Shown here one piece after another: positions 7,876-16,043 of a stretch of 16,043 nt of DNA (the stretch's first letter is position 1; each line of letters opens with the position of its first letter). The position numbers were made by a program, and so were the translations under genes. The notes under the pieces are model-generated. The model was given only the letters and a program-made list of their open reading frames with translations. It searched no databases and had not been told where the DNA came from. This DNA comes from Methanobacteriota archaeon (GTDB lineage: Archaea > Hydrothermarchaeota > Hydrothermarchaeia > Hydrothermarchaeales > JACRDW01), in contig JBDRDL010000006.1 in the NCBI GenBank assembly GCA_043820925.1, forward strand, positions 1 to 16,043, given 5' to 3'.

Positions 7876-9402
7876 ATGAGCAAAATCGTAGGGATGATTT
7901 TCGGAGAAGTAGGCTACGGGGATTTCAACTTCCTCGTAAGCAAGGACGCCAATTTACAGAAGGGAGGCTATGTAAAGGTTGGCCACGAGACTTACGGCTG
8001 GGTTCTTGCTCAGGTCTGCTCCATAAAGCGCTACAACGAGATGTACTCTTTAGGTGCAATCACCGGCAGCTCGCCGCCAAAAGAGGATACTGGCGAAAGA
8101 ATTGTCGCCAATGCAAAGGTTATAGGCTACCTCGATGAGTCAGGATTTTTAAAAACTCCGAAGATTCCTTTCAAGCCAGGGGAAAAGGTCTACGAAGCAG
8201 AGAGCGCCATTATAAGGAAATCTCTAAATCTGGGCGTTAAGTCCGGAGTTTATCTTGGCTTGCTCGAAGGTCAGGGTGAAGCAGCGCCTGTTTATATAAA
8301 CATAAACAAGCTGGTTCAAAAGCACATCTGCGTTCTGGCAAAAACTGGCGCAGGTAAATCATACACAGTCGGCGTTTTGATAGAAGAGCTCATTGAAAAA
8401 GACGTGCCTGTCGTGGTTATCGACCCGCACGGCGAATACTCTGCACTTAAGAATCCGAACTCGAATCCAAAAGAGCTGGCGCTCATCGACAGGTACGGAA
8501 TATCTCCGAGAGGCTATGAGAACATCGTCGAATATACCCCGAATCTCAGCTTGAATCCGCAGGCCGACAGAAAGCTCGCTTTGGATATAACCCATCTCAG
8601 CGTTGGCAACTTTCTGGAAATGCTTCCTTCGAAATTGACTGACTCTCAGAAGGGGATACTTTTCGAAGCATTAAAAACTGCAAAAGGATATGGAAAATAC
8701 ACCTTGGAAGACCTTATTCGAATAATTCACGAGCATGAGAGCAAGGGCAAATGGAATTTGATAACAAATTTAGAAATGCTGAGAGAAAGTAAAATTTTCG
8801 AGGGCGCTGTTGCGCATCCTGCGGATTTGGTTAAAAACGGCGTAGTTTCCATAATAAATCTTCGGGGTATGCGACCTGACATTCAGGAGATAATCGTAGC
8901 CAGACTGGGAAGCGAAATATTCAGCGACAGGAAGCGGGGCAAGGTGCCCCCGCTGCTGTTCTTGCTCGAGGAGGCGCACAACTTCGCTCCTGAGCGTGGC
9001 TTCGGCGGCAGTTTATCTCTGGGCGTAATAAGGACCATAGCAAGCGAGGGAAGAAAATTCGGCATGGGCTTGTGCGTTGTTTCTCAGAGACCTGCACGCG
9101 TTGATAAGAGCGTTCTCTCGCAGTGCAATACGCAAATAATTCTGAAAGTCACAAATCCAAACGATTTACGAGCAATATCGCAGAGCATTGAGGGCTTCAC
9201 GCCTGACCTGGAGGACGATATAAAACAGCTGCAGCCCGGGGTTGCGCTTATAGTCGGCGATGTCGTTGAGCAGCCGATTTTCGTGAGCATAAGAGTCAAA
9301 AAATCCCGCCACGGCGGAGCTTCTGTAGAGGTTGTAAGAGAGCCGAAGGCTGTCAGGGTACCATCGCCGGGCGGATTGCTGAGAAGGCTGTTTTTTGGAT
9401 GA
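7876..9402 (+). CDS. HerA/DUF87-family P-loop ATPase (FtsK-HerA superfamily) with N-terminal HAS-barrel-like domain
   Basis: Walker A AKTGAGKSY, IDPHGEY, Walker B LLEEAHNF, EGRKFG arginine-finger motif, SQRPA and LSQCNT. Confidence 0.92.
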   Translation: MSKIVGMIFGEVGYGDFNFLVSKDANLQKGGYVKVGHETYGWVLAQVCSIKRYNEMYSLGAITGSSPPKEDTGERIVANAKVIGYLDESGFLKTPKIPFKPGEKVYEAESAIIRKSLNLGVKSGVYLGLLEGQGEAAPVYININKLVQKHICVLAKTGAGKSYTVGVLIEELIEKDVPVVVIDPHGEYSALKNPNSNPKELALIDRYGISPRGYENIVEYTPNLSLNPQADRKLALDITHLSVGNFLEMLPSKLTDSQKGILFEALKTAKGYGKYTLEDLIRIIHEHESKGKWNLITNLEMLRESKIFEGAVAHPADLVKNGVVSIINLRGMRPDIQEIIVARLGSEIFSDRKRGKVPPLLFLLEEAHNFAPERGFGGSLSLGVIRTIASEGRKFGMGLCVVSQRPARVDKSVLSQCNTQIILKVTNPNDLRAISQSIEGFTPDLEDDIKQLQPGVALIVGDVVEQPIFVSIRVKKSRHGGASVEVVREPKAVRVPSPGGLLRRLFFG

Positions 9403-9421
9403 TTATGTGTTCGAGGGGTGA

Positions 9422-9484
9422 GGGTTGAGAGGATTTAGAATAGTTACCGCAAAAGAAATGCTAAATATCATCGGAGAGCTTTGA
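9422..9484 (+). pseudogene. Possible C-terminal remnant of a PIN-domain toxin gene
   Basis: Frame reads GLRGFRIVTAKEMLNIIGEL*, similar to the end of the PIN protein in this window (SVRGVKIISPKEFVEKVL*). It has no start and an in-frame TGA at 9419. Confidence 0.45.
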
Positions 9485-9489
9485 TTGTT

Positions 9490-9639
9490 ATGCCCCTCTA
9501 CTCTCACTCCCGCCTCGCAACCTACGAAACCTGTCCGCTGCAGTACAGGCTTACGTTGCTGGCGCTGGAGACGCTGTACGGGACGCTTGAAACCCACTCT
9601 AGCTCTTCTCCAAGACCAGCTTCTTCCCGTCGGTTGTAA
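9490..9639 (+). pseudogene. N-terminal remnant of a PD-(D/E)XK (RecB/AddB-like, PDDEXK_1) nuclease gene
   Basis: 49-aa ORF MPLYSHSRLATYETCPLQYRLTLLALETLY... The YSxSRL..Y..CP..Y motif is the typical PDDEXK_1 N-terminus. The catalytic core is absent and the frame runs into the convergent gene. Confidence 0.6.
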
Positions 9640-9910
9640 ACACGAGTTTGTCGCCTTTTCCGAGTTTTAAAAACTCTCTTACGTCGGCGGGGATTCTTAC
9701 GACCAGAGACTTTCCGAGAGCACCGACCTTGGCTTCTATGCCTGCATAGAGCTTGTTGAGTGCGAGCAGCTTCTGCGCCTGCTCTGGATTGAGCAGGACT
9801 TCTCCGCACTTTGCGCACCCGACGCCGTCTACTTCGATGCTCTGGTCTCTAAGCTTTACTTTGACTTTCTCTTTCTTCATTGCCGAACCGCAAACATGGC
9901 ATTTATCCAT
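9599..9910 (-). CDS. YgiT/MqsA-type zinc finger fused to an AbrB/MazE DNA-binding domain (putative antitoxin)
   Basis: N-terminal CHVC...CAKCGE zinc ribbon, C-terminal KVGALGKSLVVRIPADVREFLKLGKGD, and AGGTGA SD upstream. Confidence 0.82.
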   Translation of the reverse strand: MDKCHVCGSAMKKEKVKVKLRDQSIEVDGVGCAKCGEVLLNPEQAQKLLALNKLYAGIEAKVGALGKSLVVRIPADVREFLKLGKGDKLVFTTDGKKLVLEKS

Positions 9911-9920
9911 TTTTTATCAC

Positions 9921-10175
9921 CTACATTTTGCCTATATGCACTATTCTCCAAGCAGGGTTTCCGAGATAAGTTGACTCTACTGCCACGACCTTGTACGTCT
10001 TTCCCTTCCTTCGAAGGCATTTCTCTACAGTTCCTTTTGCTCTCTTGCTTCTCTCGCACTCATAGCCTCTTTCAAGAATGTCGAGTACATCGTAGAGGTC
10101 GAAGCACAGGTCAATCATCTCGTAGTATGCAGACTGCGTTGGCACCAGCTGCCTGCCCTGCCACTGTACTATCAT
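9921..10175 (-). CDS. Small basic hypothetical protein, DUF4258/RelE-like putative toxin
   Basis: 84 aa with a PTQSA..EM....DVLDILERG...YKVVAVE...WRIVHIG pattern, AAGGAG SD, and a position 10 nt upstream of the Zn-finger/AbrB gene. The family call is inference. Confidence 0.62.
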   Translation of the reverse strand: MIVQWQGRQLVPTQSAYYEMIDLCFDLYDVLDILERGYECERSKRAKGTVEKCLRRKGKTYKVVAVESTYLGNPAWRIVHIGKM

Positions 10176-10180
10176 TAATA

Positions 10181-10216
10181 TCTCCTTTGATATTATCGAT
10201 GATATCGTATATAAAC
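10181..10216 (-). promoter_or_regulatory. TATA box, operator palindrome and SD of the second TA-like operon
   Basis: Minus-strand TTTATATA (10208-10215), near-perfect 18-bp palindrome GATATTATCGATGATATC (10189-10206), and SD AAGGAGA (10181-10187). Confidence 0.72.
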
Positions 10217-10260
10217 ATTATTGATTTTAATTTGATGCTTGAGAATCTTAATTCCTCTGA

Positions 10261-10908
10261 TTACTTTCTGAAAATCTTCACGAGCAGCATGCCCGCCGCA
10301 AAGCCGCCGATGTGCGCAAAGTAAGCTACTCCGCCGGCGTCTTCTGAGATGTAAGAAAGCGAGCCTATGCCAGAAAATAGCTGGAGCACGAACCACATGC
10401 CGAGGACGAATATTGCAGGAAGGGTTACCCACCTGATGAAGTACCACAAGATGAGAATGCAGTGCACTCTCGCTCTCGGAAAAGCTACGAGATATGCTCC
10501 GAGAACTCCTGCTATTGCCCCGCTTGCGCCCAGATTTGGAATATTCGAAAAAGGATTAACGTAAATTTGAAGCAGCGAAGCTGCAAGCCCGCATATAATG
10601 TAAAAAACAATGAAGCGCTTCTTTCCCATCATGTCCTCGACGTTGTCTCCGAAAATATATAGGTAAAGCATGTTGCCCAAAAAATGCACGAAGCCTGCGT
10701 GCAGGAACATAGAGGTGAAGAGAGCATATATTCCATAGCCCTGGATAATGTCGCTCGGTATCAAAGCGAAGGTGTAAATAAATTCTTCCAGCTGATTTTG
10801 AGACTTCAGGATAAGCTCATAGACAAAAATTGCAAGATTGAGAAATATCAGCGAGTATGTAACGAAAGGTGTGCTCTTCACCGGATTGTCGTCCTTTATC
10901 GGAAACAT
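10261..10908 (-). CDS. Rhomboid-family intramembrane serine protease
   Basis: MFPIKDDNP start, TSMFLHAG..HFLGNMLYL, GDNVED, catalytic GASGA and AHIGG. Confidence 0.95.
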   Translation of the reverse strand: MFPIKDDNPVKSTPFVTYSLIFLNLAIFVYELILKSQNQLEEFIYTFALIPSDIIQGYGIYALFTSMFLHAGFVHFLGNMLYLYIFGDNVEDMMGKKRFIVFYIICGLAASLLQIYVNPFSNIPNLGASGAIAGVLGAYLVAFPRARVHCILILWYFIRWVTLPAIFVLGMWFVLQLFSGIGSLSYISEDAGGVAYFAHIGGFAAGMLLVKIFRK

Positions 10909-10962
10909 GGTTTATAAGAAAACTTTAATATATTTAAACGTAGCCGTTTTTAAAGGGAGAAA

Positions 10963-12354
10963 ATGCAAAAACTTATAATGAAGTTCGGCGGCACTTCAAT
11001 AGAAAATGCCGAGAGGATAAGAAGAGCAGTACAGATAATAAATGAAAACAGAGCGAAAGAAACCGCAGTAGTAGCCTCTGCCATGGGCGGAGTTACCGAC
11101 CGCCTCGCAGATATGGCAAAAAGGGTAGCAGCTGGCATATCTGAAGAAGAAATTAAGAAATTTGTAGGCGATGTAAGGGAAAAGCACATTGCAACTGCGA
11201 GGGGGGCGGTCTCTGGGAAACATCAGGAGGTTGTGCTTATAGAGATTGAAAGGCTGTGCGCAGAATTGGAGAAGGTGCTTGTTGGAGTTTCGTACGTTGG
11301 CGAGTTAACTCCGCGCTCTCTGGATTACATAACATCTTTTGGAGAGCGACTTTCTGCGCCTATTTTAAGCGGCGCTCTGAACAGTGCCGGGATAAAATCG
11401 AAGTGGTACACAGGCTTCGAGGCAGGCATTATTACAGACTCAAACTTTGGCAGGGCAGCGCCGATATGGAGTGAGACGAACAAAAAAATTCTTAGAGTTC
11501 TGAAACCCCAGATGAAGAGCTGTATTCCTGTGGTGACCGGCTTCATCGCAGGCGATGCTAAGGGAAGGATAACCACGCTGAGCAGAGGCGGGAGCGACTA
11601 CACTGCGGCTATTCTCGGAGCTGTTCTCAATGTAGATGAAATCTGGATTTGGACTGACGTCGACGGAATACTGACGACCGACCCGAGACTGGTACCGGAA
11701 GCGAGGACAATTGATATTCTCTCCTACATTGAGGCTATGGAGCTGGCGTACTTCGGGGCGAAGGTGCTGCACCCGAAGACCATCGAACCTGCGATGGAGA
11801 GAGGAATTCCAGTTAGGGTAAGGAATACTTTCAATGTAGAAAATCAAGGCACCTTGATCGTCAGAGAGCGGAAGGAAACCGGCGATATAGTAAAGGCTAT
11901 AAGCATTCTAAAGAATGCTGTGCTGGTTACAATTTCCGGAGCCGGAATGATTGGTGTACCAGGCGTGGCTGCCCGTGTATTCAGCGCACTCGCTGCGCAG
12001 AATGTGAATATTCTCATGATTTCCCAAGGTTCATCTGAGGTGAATATTTCAATAGTCATCGAGAAAAGCGACCTTGAGAAAGCGATAAAAACCATAAAAG
12101 AGGAATTCGCAGGTAAAAATATAGTTAAGGATGTGCACTACAATGAAAACGTTGCAATAATCGCAGTAGTTGGAGCTGGAATGCAGGGCACAAAAGGAGT
12201 TGCAGCGAGAGTTTTCACAGCAGTAGCAAAAGCAGGAGTAAACGTGCTGATGATAGCCCAGGGCTCCTCTGAGGTAAACATCTCATTTGTTGTTTTGCAG
12301 AAGGATGCAAAGAGCGCTGCAAAGGCACTGCATGATGAGTTTATTTCTTCCTGA
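10963..12354 (+). CDS. lysC: Aspartate kinase with two ACT domains
   Basis: [45 protein letters not shown] and duplicated [25 protein letters not shown] repeats. Confidence 0.95.
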   Translation: MQKLIMKFGGTSIENAERIRRAVQIINENRAKETAVVASAMGGVTDRLADMAKRVAAGISEEEIKKFVGDVREKHIATARGAVSGKHQEVVLIEIERLCAELEKVLVGVSYVGELTPRSLDYITSFGERLSAPILSGALNSAGIKSKWYTGFEAGIITDSNFGRAAPIWSETNKKILRVLKPQMKSCIPVVTGFIAGDAKGRITTLSRGGSDYTAAILGAVLNVDEIWIWTDVDGILTTDPRLVPEARTIDILSYIEAMELAYFGAKVLHPKTIEPAMERGIPVRVRNTFNVENQGTLIVRERKETGDIVKAISILKNAVLVTISGAGMIGVPGVAARVFSALAAQNVNILMISQGSSEVNISIVIEKSDLEKAIKTIKEEFAGKNIVKDVHYNENVAIIAVVGAGMQGTKGVAARVFTAVAKAGVNVLMIAQGSSEVNISFVVLQKDAKSAAKALHDEFISS

Positions 12355-13507
12355 CCTTCTCGTACAGCGCTACCTGCAGCGCATGGTAGCGAAGCATGCC
12401 CTCGATGCTGTGCTGGTCTGCTTTTTCATCGAATGAAGCGGCTTCCTGGGAGTAGAGAGAGCAAGGGGATTCCCTGGCAATCACCAAGCAGGATTTGCTG
12501 TGCATTCTAAGCCTGACCTTGCCGGTAACTCTCTCCTGGGTTTTATCTATGAAGGCATCCAAATCCTCTCTCAGAGGCTCGGTCCATAAGCCTGTGTAAA
12601 CCAGCTCGCTCCACGCAGCATCGACGCTTTCCTTGAACTTGAGCTCGCTTCTTGTGAGAACCAGCTGCTCCAGCTGCTTGTGTGCAGTTATCAGCGCAAC
12701 CGCAGCTGGGCATTCATAGTTTTCCCTTGCTTTAATTCCGAGAATTCTGTCTTCGATTATATCTATTCTTCCCACTCCGTGCTTTCCTGCGAGCTCATTC
12801 ATTTTTGCAACGAGTTCCACAGGGATTAATTTTTTCCCGTTTACTGCCACTGGCACTCCCGAATTGAACTCAACTTCCACAATCTCCGGTTCATGTGTTT
12901 TAATTTTTGTCCACTCATATATCTCTTCTGGAGGAGGAACATTCGGATTTTCTAAAATTCCTCCTTCTATGCTTCTACCCCAGAGGTTCTCGTCTATGCT
13001 GAAGGGCTTGTTCAAAACAGGTATCGGTATATTCTTTTCTTTCGCATAGCCGATGCTTTCTTTTCTGGTGAGGTTGAGTTCTCTTATTGGAGCGATAATC
13101 TTCATCTCAGGCGCCTTGGAGCGATAGACTGCCTCGAATCTGAACTGGTCGTTTCCTTTGCCTGTGCAGCCGTGGGCAAGGGCTTGGGCTTTTTCTCTCT
13201 TCGCTACCTCCACGACCTTCAAGGCTATCAGAGGTCTCGCTAAGGCAGTGCTCAAAGGATAGCCCTCGTAAGAAGCGCTTGCCTTTATGGCTCTAAAGAT
13301 GTACTCCTCGACAAATTCTTTTCTTGCGTCGATGGTATAGTGCAATGAACCGAGCTTTTTCGCTTTATCCTCGGCTTCTTTCAGCTCGTCCTTCGGCATG
13401 CCTACGTCTACTGTAACAGTAACAACCTCGCAGTTGTACTTCTCCTGCAATAGCTTAATACAAACACTCGTGTCCAAGCCGCCCGAATATGCAAGTACTG
13501 CTTTCAT
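12341..13507 (-). CDS. argG: Argininosuccinate synthase
   Basis: [48 protein letters not shown] and [14 protein letters not shown] 13507 is preferred over TTG 13513. Confidence 0.97.
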   Translation of the reverse strand: MKAVLAYSGGLDTSVCIKLLQEKYNCEVVTVTVDVGMPKDELKEAEDKAKKLGSLHYTIDARKEFVEEYIFRAIKASASYEGYPLSTALARPLIALKVVEVAKREKAQALAHGCTGKGNDQFRFEAVYRSKAPEMKIIAPIRELNLTRKESIGYAKEKNIPIPVLNKPFSIDENLWGRSIEGGILENPNVPPPEEIYEWTKIKTHEPEIVEVEFNSGVPVAVNGKKLIPVELVAKMNELAGKHGVGRIDIIEDRILGIKARENYECPAAVALITAHKQLEQLVLTRSELKFKESVDAAWSELVYTGLWTEPLREDLDAFIDKTQERVTGKVRLRMHSKSCLVIARESPCSLYSQEAASFDEKADQHSIEGMLRYHALQVALYEKVRKK

Positions 13508-13592
13508 TTTCAATCCCTTCGTCGCAACTCACTTGCGATAGCAAGACCGTGAGTCTTGCGCACTACCTTGCGGTAGCACTCGTTGCTCCTCG
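13508..13592 (-). other. Second, expanded copy of the structured leader element in the carB-argG intergenic region
   Basis: Minus strand reads CGAGGAGCAACGA-[49 nt containing two hairpins]-GAGTTGCGACGA-AGGGATTGAAA-ATG, matching 7833-7878. Confidence 0.7.
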
Positions 13593-13604
13593 GTATTGAC
13601 CTTA

Positions 13605-16043
13605 TTATCTCCCAAAGTCCTCTAAACGTAATTCGTGCACATGCCCACGATGATATTCGTTTAGCGATCTTATCGTTATTTCACCTTTTGCTATACTTTC
13701 AATTGCCTTGACAGCAGCCTCCACGCCTGTAATCGTGGTTATGTAGGGTATGTTCAAATCAACAGCATATCTGCGGATGTAGAAGCCATCTGTATAGGGT
13801 ATCTTTCCAGCGGTGGGCGTGTTTATTATCAAATCCACGCTGCGCTCAGTCATTCTATCCAGAATGTTTGGAGAGCCGTCGCTTATCTTTTTGACCAGCG
13901 TTCCAGCAATGCCGTGCTTTTCCAAGGCTTCAAGTGTTCCGTCTGTTGCTAGAATCTTGAACCCAAGCTCATATAATCTTTTTGCTGCCGGGGCAATTTT
14001 TTCTGCGTCTTCCCGCCTAACCGAGATAAATATGCTCCCCTTCGCAGGCAGAGTATTGCCAGCCGCCAGCTCTGCTTTGAAGAATGCCTTTCCAAAGTCG
14101 AAGTCTATTCCCATGACCTCGCCAGTAGACTGCATCTCTGGTCCGAGAACAGGGTCAACTCCAGGTAGCTTAACGAACGGAAAAACAGATTCCTTAACAG
14201 CGACATGGTGAATCTTGCGCTCGCCGACATAGCCGAGTTCTTTCAAGCTCTTACCCAGTATTACTTTCGTTGCAATTTTAGCCAGAGGCACGCCGACTGC
14301 TTTGCTAACGAAGGGCACTGTCCTGCTCGCCCTCGGGTTTGCTTCCAGAATATATACCGTGCTTCCTTTAACCGCATACTGAATATTCAATAGACCTATG
14401 ACCTGCAATTCTCTGGCAAGCTTTGTTGTGTAGTCTTTAATTTTTCTAATCACTCCCCTGCCAAGCGTTTGCGGAGGCAACACCATCGCAGAGTCGCCTG
14501 AATGAATTCCAGCGTGTTCTATGTGCTCCATTATTCCTCCTATGAAAACATCTTTTCCGTCGCTCACTGCATCTACATCTACCTCAATCGCTTCCTGCAA
14601 GAATTTATCTATGAGCACTGGATGGTCCTCGGAAACCTCAATCGCTTCCTGCATGTACTGCTCTAAATGCGCTTCGTCATAAACGATTTCCATCGCTCTG
14701 CCTCCGAGAACATAGGAAGGGCGAACTAAAACAGGATAGCCGATTCTCTTCACAATTTCTTTTGCTTCCTCGAATGAAAATCCTGTGCCGTAGTCTGCTT
14801 GAGGAATACCGAGTTTGTTGAGAACTTCTGTGAATCTCTTTCTATCCTCTGCCCTGTCTATATTATCAGGAGAAGTTCCAAGAACTCTGATTCCCTCCTC
14901 TGCCAGAGGTACTGCAAGGTTCAGCGAAGTCTGCCCGCCAAACTGCACGATTATGCCATAAGGCTTCTCCTTTTCAATAACGTTGAGAACGTCCTCGAGA
15001 GTAATGGGTTCGAAGTAAAGCCTATCTGAAGTGTCATAGTCCGTCGAGACGGTCTCTGGATTGTTGTTGATTATAATCGCTTCAATTCCTTCCTCTCTTA
15101 AGGCAATAACGCCGTGAACGCAGGAGTAATCAAATTCTATTCCCTGCGCAATGCGAATAGGTCCTCCGCCTAAGATTATCACTTTCTTGCGCTTCGACAC
15201 CTTTACTTCATCGGTCTGCTCGTAAGTGGAGTAGTAGTAGGGCGTCTTTGCCTCAAACTCTGCTGCGCATGTATCGACCATTTTGTAGACCGGCTTTTCT
15301 TTCCTGAATGCCCGAACTTCTTTTTCCCTGCACTTCAGCAAGTAAGCAAGCTGGCGGTCTGAGAAACCGAGCACTTTTGCTTTTTTAATTAGTTCAGGGG
15401 CAACCTCTTCGAGACTCAAGCCTTTGAGTTTGTTTTCTATCTCTAGAATGTTTTTGATTTTGTGCAGGAAAAAAGGAGAGATATTCGTAAGCCTGTTTAC
15501 TTCTTCCACGCTCATCCCGGCCTTCAATGCATCGTATAGGTAGAAGAGTCTCTTGTCAGTTGGCTTTACCAAATTCTGCTTTATGACGCTCAAATCAGTC
15601 TCGTATTTTCTGCCGTCTGCGCATATGCCGAAGCGCTTTATATCGAGGGAGCGGATTGCTTTCTGAAGCGATTCCTCGAAAGTTCTTCCGATTGCCATTA
15701 CCTCGCCTGTGCTCTTCATTTGCGTTCCAATCGTTTTATCTGCATCTCTGAATTTGTCAAAGGGCCAGCGTGGTATTTTCGTTACAATATAATCCAGCGC
15801 AGGCTCGAAGCTTGCGGGCGTTTCCTTGGTAATGTCGTTCGGAATCTCGTCCAGAGTCATGCCGACTGCGATTTTTGCTGCGATTTTTGCAATCGGATAG
15901 CCAGTTGCTTTTGATGCGAGGGCAGAGCTTCTCGAAACTCTTGGGTTTACCTCGATTACATAGTATTCCCACTTTTTTGGGTTAACTGCAAACTGTATGT
16001 TGCAGCCTCCCTCGATTTTGAGTGCTCTGATTATCTTCAGCGC
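13605..16043 (-). CDS. carB: Carbamoyl-phosphate synthase large subunit (5' part outside the window)
   Basis: The frame stays open beyond 15860 (GGCNIQFA..IEVNPRVSRSSALASKATGYPIAK). Motifs include KMVDTCAAEF, NNPETVSTDYD, RPSYVLGG, HSGDS, EANPRASRT and a C-terminal MGS-like domain. Confidence 0.97.
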   Translation of the reverse strand, partial: ALKIIRALKIEGGCNIQFAVNPKKWEYYVIEVNPRVSRSSALASKATGYPIAKIAAKIAVGMTLDEIPNDITKETPASFEPALDYIVTKIPRWPFDKFRDADKTIGTQMKSTGEVMAIGRTFEESLQKAIRSLDIKRFGICADGRKYETDLSVIKQNLVKPTDKRLFYLYDALKAGMSVEEVNRLTNISPFFLHKIKNILEIENKLKGLSLEEVAPELIKKAKVLGFSDRQLAYLLKCREKEVRAFRKEKPVYKMVDTCAAEFEAKTPYYYSTYEQTDEVKVSKRKKVIILGGGPIRIAQGIEFDYSCVHGVIALREEGIEAIIINNNPETVSTDYDTSDRLYFEPITLEDVLNVIEKEKPYGIIVQFGGQTSLNLAVPLAEEGIRVLGTSPDNIDRAEDRKRFTEVLNKLGIPQADYGTGFSFEEAKEIVKRIGYPVLVRPSYVLGGRAMEIVYDEAHLEQYMQEAIEVSEDHPVLIDKFLQEAIEVDVDAVSDGKDVFIGGIMEHIEHAGIHSGDSAMVLPPQTLGRGVIRKIKDYTTKLARELQVIGLLNIQYAVKGSTVYILEANPRASRTVPFVSKAVGVPLAKIATKVILGKSLKELGYVGERKIHHVAVKESVFPFVKLPGVDPVLGPEMQSTGEVMGIDFDFGKAFFKAELAAGNTLPAKGSIFISVRREDAEKIAPAAKRLYELGFKILATDGTLEALEKHGIAGTLVKKISDGSPNILDRMTERSVDLIINTPTAGKIPYTDGFYIRRYAVDLNIPYITTITGVEAAVKAIESIAKGEITIRSLNEYHRGHVHELRLEDFGR

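Noticed and set aside
7746..8138. 130-aa ORF overlapping the leader and the ATPase
   Set aside because: Arg-rich shadow frame with no recognisable domain. The region is better explained as a structured non-coding element.
9406..9484. Selenocysteine or stop read-through at TGA 9419 to rescue the PIN-like fragment
   Set aside because: No in-frame start or PIN N-terminus lies upstream within the gap, and no SECIS is recognisable.
7876..9639. Intact HerA-nuclease defence system or herA-nurA repair operon
   Set aside because: The only nuclease-like sequence is a 49-aa fragment without catalytic residues, and nurA, mre11 and rad50 are absent.
3111..13592. CRISPR array or IS/MITE interpretation of the repeats
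   Set aside because: No regular repeat-spacer periodicity, no cas or transposase gene, and no clear target-site duplications in this window.
208..15972. Remaining short ORFs in the track (e.g. 208-474, 1118-1411, 4560-5039, 7229-7678, 9403-9597, 9896-10324, 13813-14211)
   Set aside because: Antisense or alternate-frame shadows of well-supported genes, with no recognisable motifs.

Overview
Archaeal chromosomal segment, judged from TATA boxes about 25 bp upstream of starts, GGTGA/GGAG Shine-Dalgarno sites, an archaeal-type topoisomerase IA and the DapL lysine route. Housekeeping genes: lysA (partial), dapL, topA, a ZIP metal transporter, a rhomboid protease, aspartate kinase, argG and carB (partial). 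Accessory content: an AbrB/PIN toxin-antitoxin pair wedged between dapL and lysA; a membrane-anchored winged-helix regulator next to a secreted protein; an orphan HerA/DUF87 ATPase whose C-terminus resembles a MinD membrane-targeting helix; two gene remnants; and a toxin-first TA-like pair with a zinc-finger-AbrB fusion. The most notable signal is a non-coding structured element I cannot assign to a known family. It is a tandem-GA hairpin with a compensatory base-pair change, placed exactly 11 nt before the ATG of both the HerA-like gene and argG. Related GCTRYCGCAAG units occur inside the argG copy and between dapL and topA. All calls are by eye; no searches or folding were run.
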